A stretch of 24,340 nucleotides of DNA from an uncultured bacterium. Its GTDB lineage: Bacteria; AUK180. The notes beneath the pieces were generated by a model. The model was not told the origin of the DNA. It did no database searches and worked only from the letters and a program-made list of their open reading frames with translations. Of the stretch, positions 23,253 through 24,340 are shown in pieces. Position 1 is the stretch's first letter. The number at the start of each line of letters is the position of its first letter. The stretch covers positions 62,001-86,340 of the forward strand of contig CALMGJ010000038.1 in assembly GCA_937863565.1 (NCBI GenBank), read 5' to 3'. Position numbers and translations under genes: made by a program.

Positions 23253-24340
23253 ATGGAAAAAGCAAATCCAATAAGGAATCTTTTGATCACGATGGTCGAG
23301 AAGAAAGCTTCGGATATCCACTTCCGTACCGGAAAAGTCCCTCTCATGAGGATACACGGAGAACTTACTCCCGTGAACAGCCCTGCGCTGCCCGCCTCCG
23401 GAATGGAACTTATAGCCAAGTATTTCTCGCAAACAGATGAAAAATATGCCAAATTCCTCGAAGACAGGGAAATGGATATTGCATTCGAGGAGAAAGGCAT
23501 TGCCCGTTTCAGGGTTAACATCTTCTTCGAGCGCGGGAATATCGGTGCTGTTATAAGGCATGTTCCGATCAATATCCCCTCATTCACCGAGCTTCAATTG
23601 CCCGATGTGATCAAGGATATCGCCGGCAATGAAAGAGGTCTGATACTTGTGACCGGAACAACCGGCTCCGGAAAATCCACTACCCTTGCCGCGATGATCG
23701 ATTATATCAATCACAGATACAAAAAGCATATCGTGACAATAGAGGACCCGATAGAATTCCTCCATAAAGATTACCTTTCCGTAGTAACGCAAAGAGAGAT
23801 CGGCCTTGACACGAAGAATTTCCATAATGCCCTCAAATATGTACTGAGGCAGGATCCCGATGTCATTCTCGTAGGGGAAATGCGGGACGAGGAAACGGTC
23901 GGCGCCGCGATCTCGGCAGCGGAGACAGGCCATCTTGTTTTCGGGACACTTCACACGCTGAACTCGATACAGACCATAAACAGGATCATCGATTTCTTCC
24001 CGCCTGCCCATCAGGAACAGATCAGGGTACAGCTTTCACTGACTCTCAAAGCCGTTATTTCCATGCGTCTTCTCCAGCGTGCCGACTTTGAAGGACGGAT
24101 ACCCGCTTTGGAGATCATGGTCATCAACGAGAATATCAAGGAACTCATCCAGGATAAGAACCGCATCGGCGAGATAGCCGACGCCCTGAAAACGGGTTCA
24201 CAGTACGGCATGCAGTCATTCGACCAGCATTTGATAAAACTCTGCAAATCCGGCATCATTACTGAAGAGTCGGCCAAACAGAACGCCAACTCTCCTTCCG
24301 ATCTGGCGCTCGCCCTTAAAGGTTATGCGGTTCAGGGAGA
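23253..24340 (+). CDS. pilT: type IV pilus retraction ATPase, PilT/PilU family (3' end truncated)
   Basis: Not in the ORF track; translated by hand: ASDIHF, RFRVN, GLILVTGTTGSGKSTT, TIEDPIE, LRQDPDVILVGEMRD, AETGHLVFGTLH, GMQSFDQ. Confidence 0.93.
   Translation, partial: MEKANPIRNLLITMVEKKASDIHFRTGKVPLMRIHGELTPVNSPALPASGMELIAKYFSQTDEKYAKFLEDREMDIAFEEKGIARFRVNIFFERGNIGAVIRHVPINIPSFTELQLPDVIKDIAGNERGLILVTGTTGSGKSTTLAAMIDYINHRYKKHIVTIEDPIEFLHKDYLSVVTQREIGLDTKNFHNALKYVLRQDPDVILVGEMRDEETVGAAISAAETGHLVFGTLHTLNSIQTINRIIDFFPPAHQEQIRVQLSLTLKAVISMRLLQRADFEGRIPALEIMVINENIKELIQDKNRIGEIADALKTGSQYGMQSFDQHLIKLCKSGIITEESAKQNANSPSDLALALKGYAVQG

Overview
Bacterial chromosomal window of mostly housekeeping genes from a probably diderm lineage that I cannot place. 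From left to right: a minus-strand dnaG-rpoD pair (rpoD truncated by the window edge); a small membrane-anchored hypothetical gene followed by tRNA-Arg(UCU), tRNA-Glu(CUC) and a GT2 glycosyltransferase; tRNA-Val and tRNA-Asp; a ZIP transporter; a GNAT; a YafK-like L,D-transpeptidase; a tightly coupled run radA-disA-ispD-MacB-like permease-class III adenylate cyclase/ATPase/TPR-Crp; a large secreted FN3/beta-propeller protein with a T9SS/FlgD-like C-terminus; a three-gene DUF2089/SHOCT-like operon; DUF3160; a class II aldolase; and a truncated PilT-family ATPase. No mobile element or CRISPR array was seen. The most notable observations are: (1) four operon-leading genes have a -10 box exactly 5 nt before the ATG, suggesting leaderless mRNAs; (2) a cAMP cyclase-Crp module with a non-canonical Crp ligand pocket is appended to the radA-disA (c-di-AMP) operon; (3) an unannotated Arg-rich 20-codon leader ORF with alternative hairpins is coupled to the DUF2089 operon; (4) a degenerate 7-bp tandem array lies upstream of the pilT-like gene.
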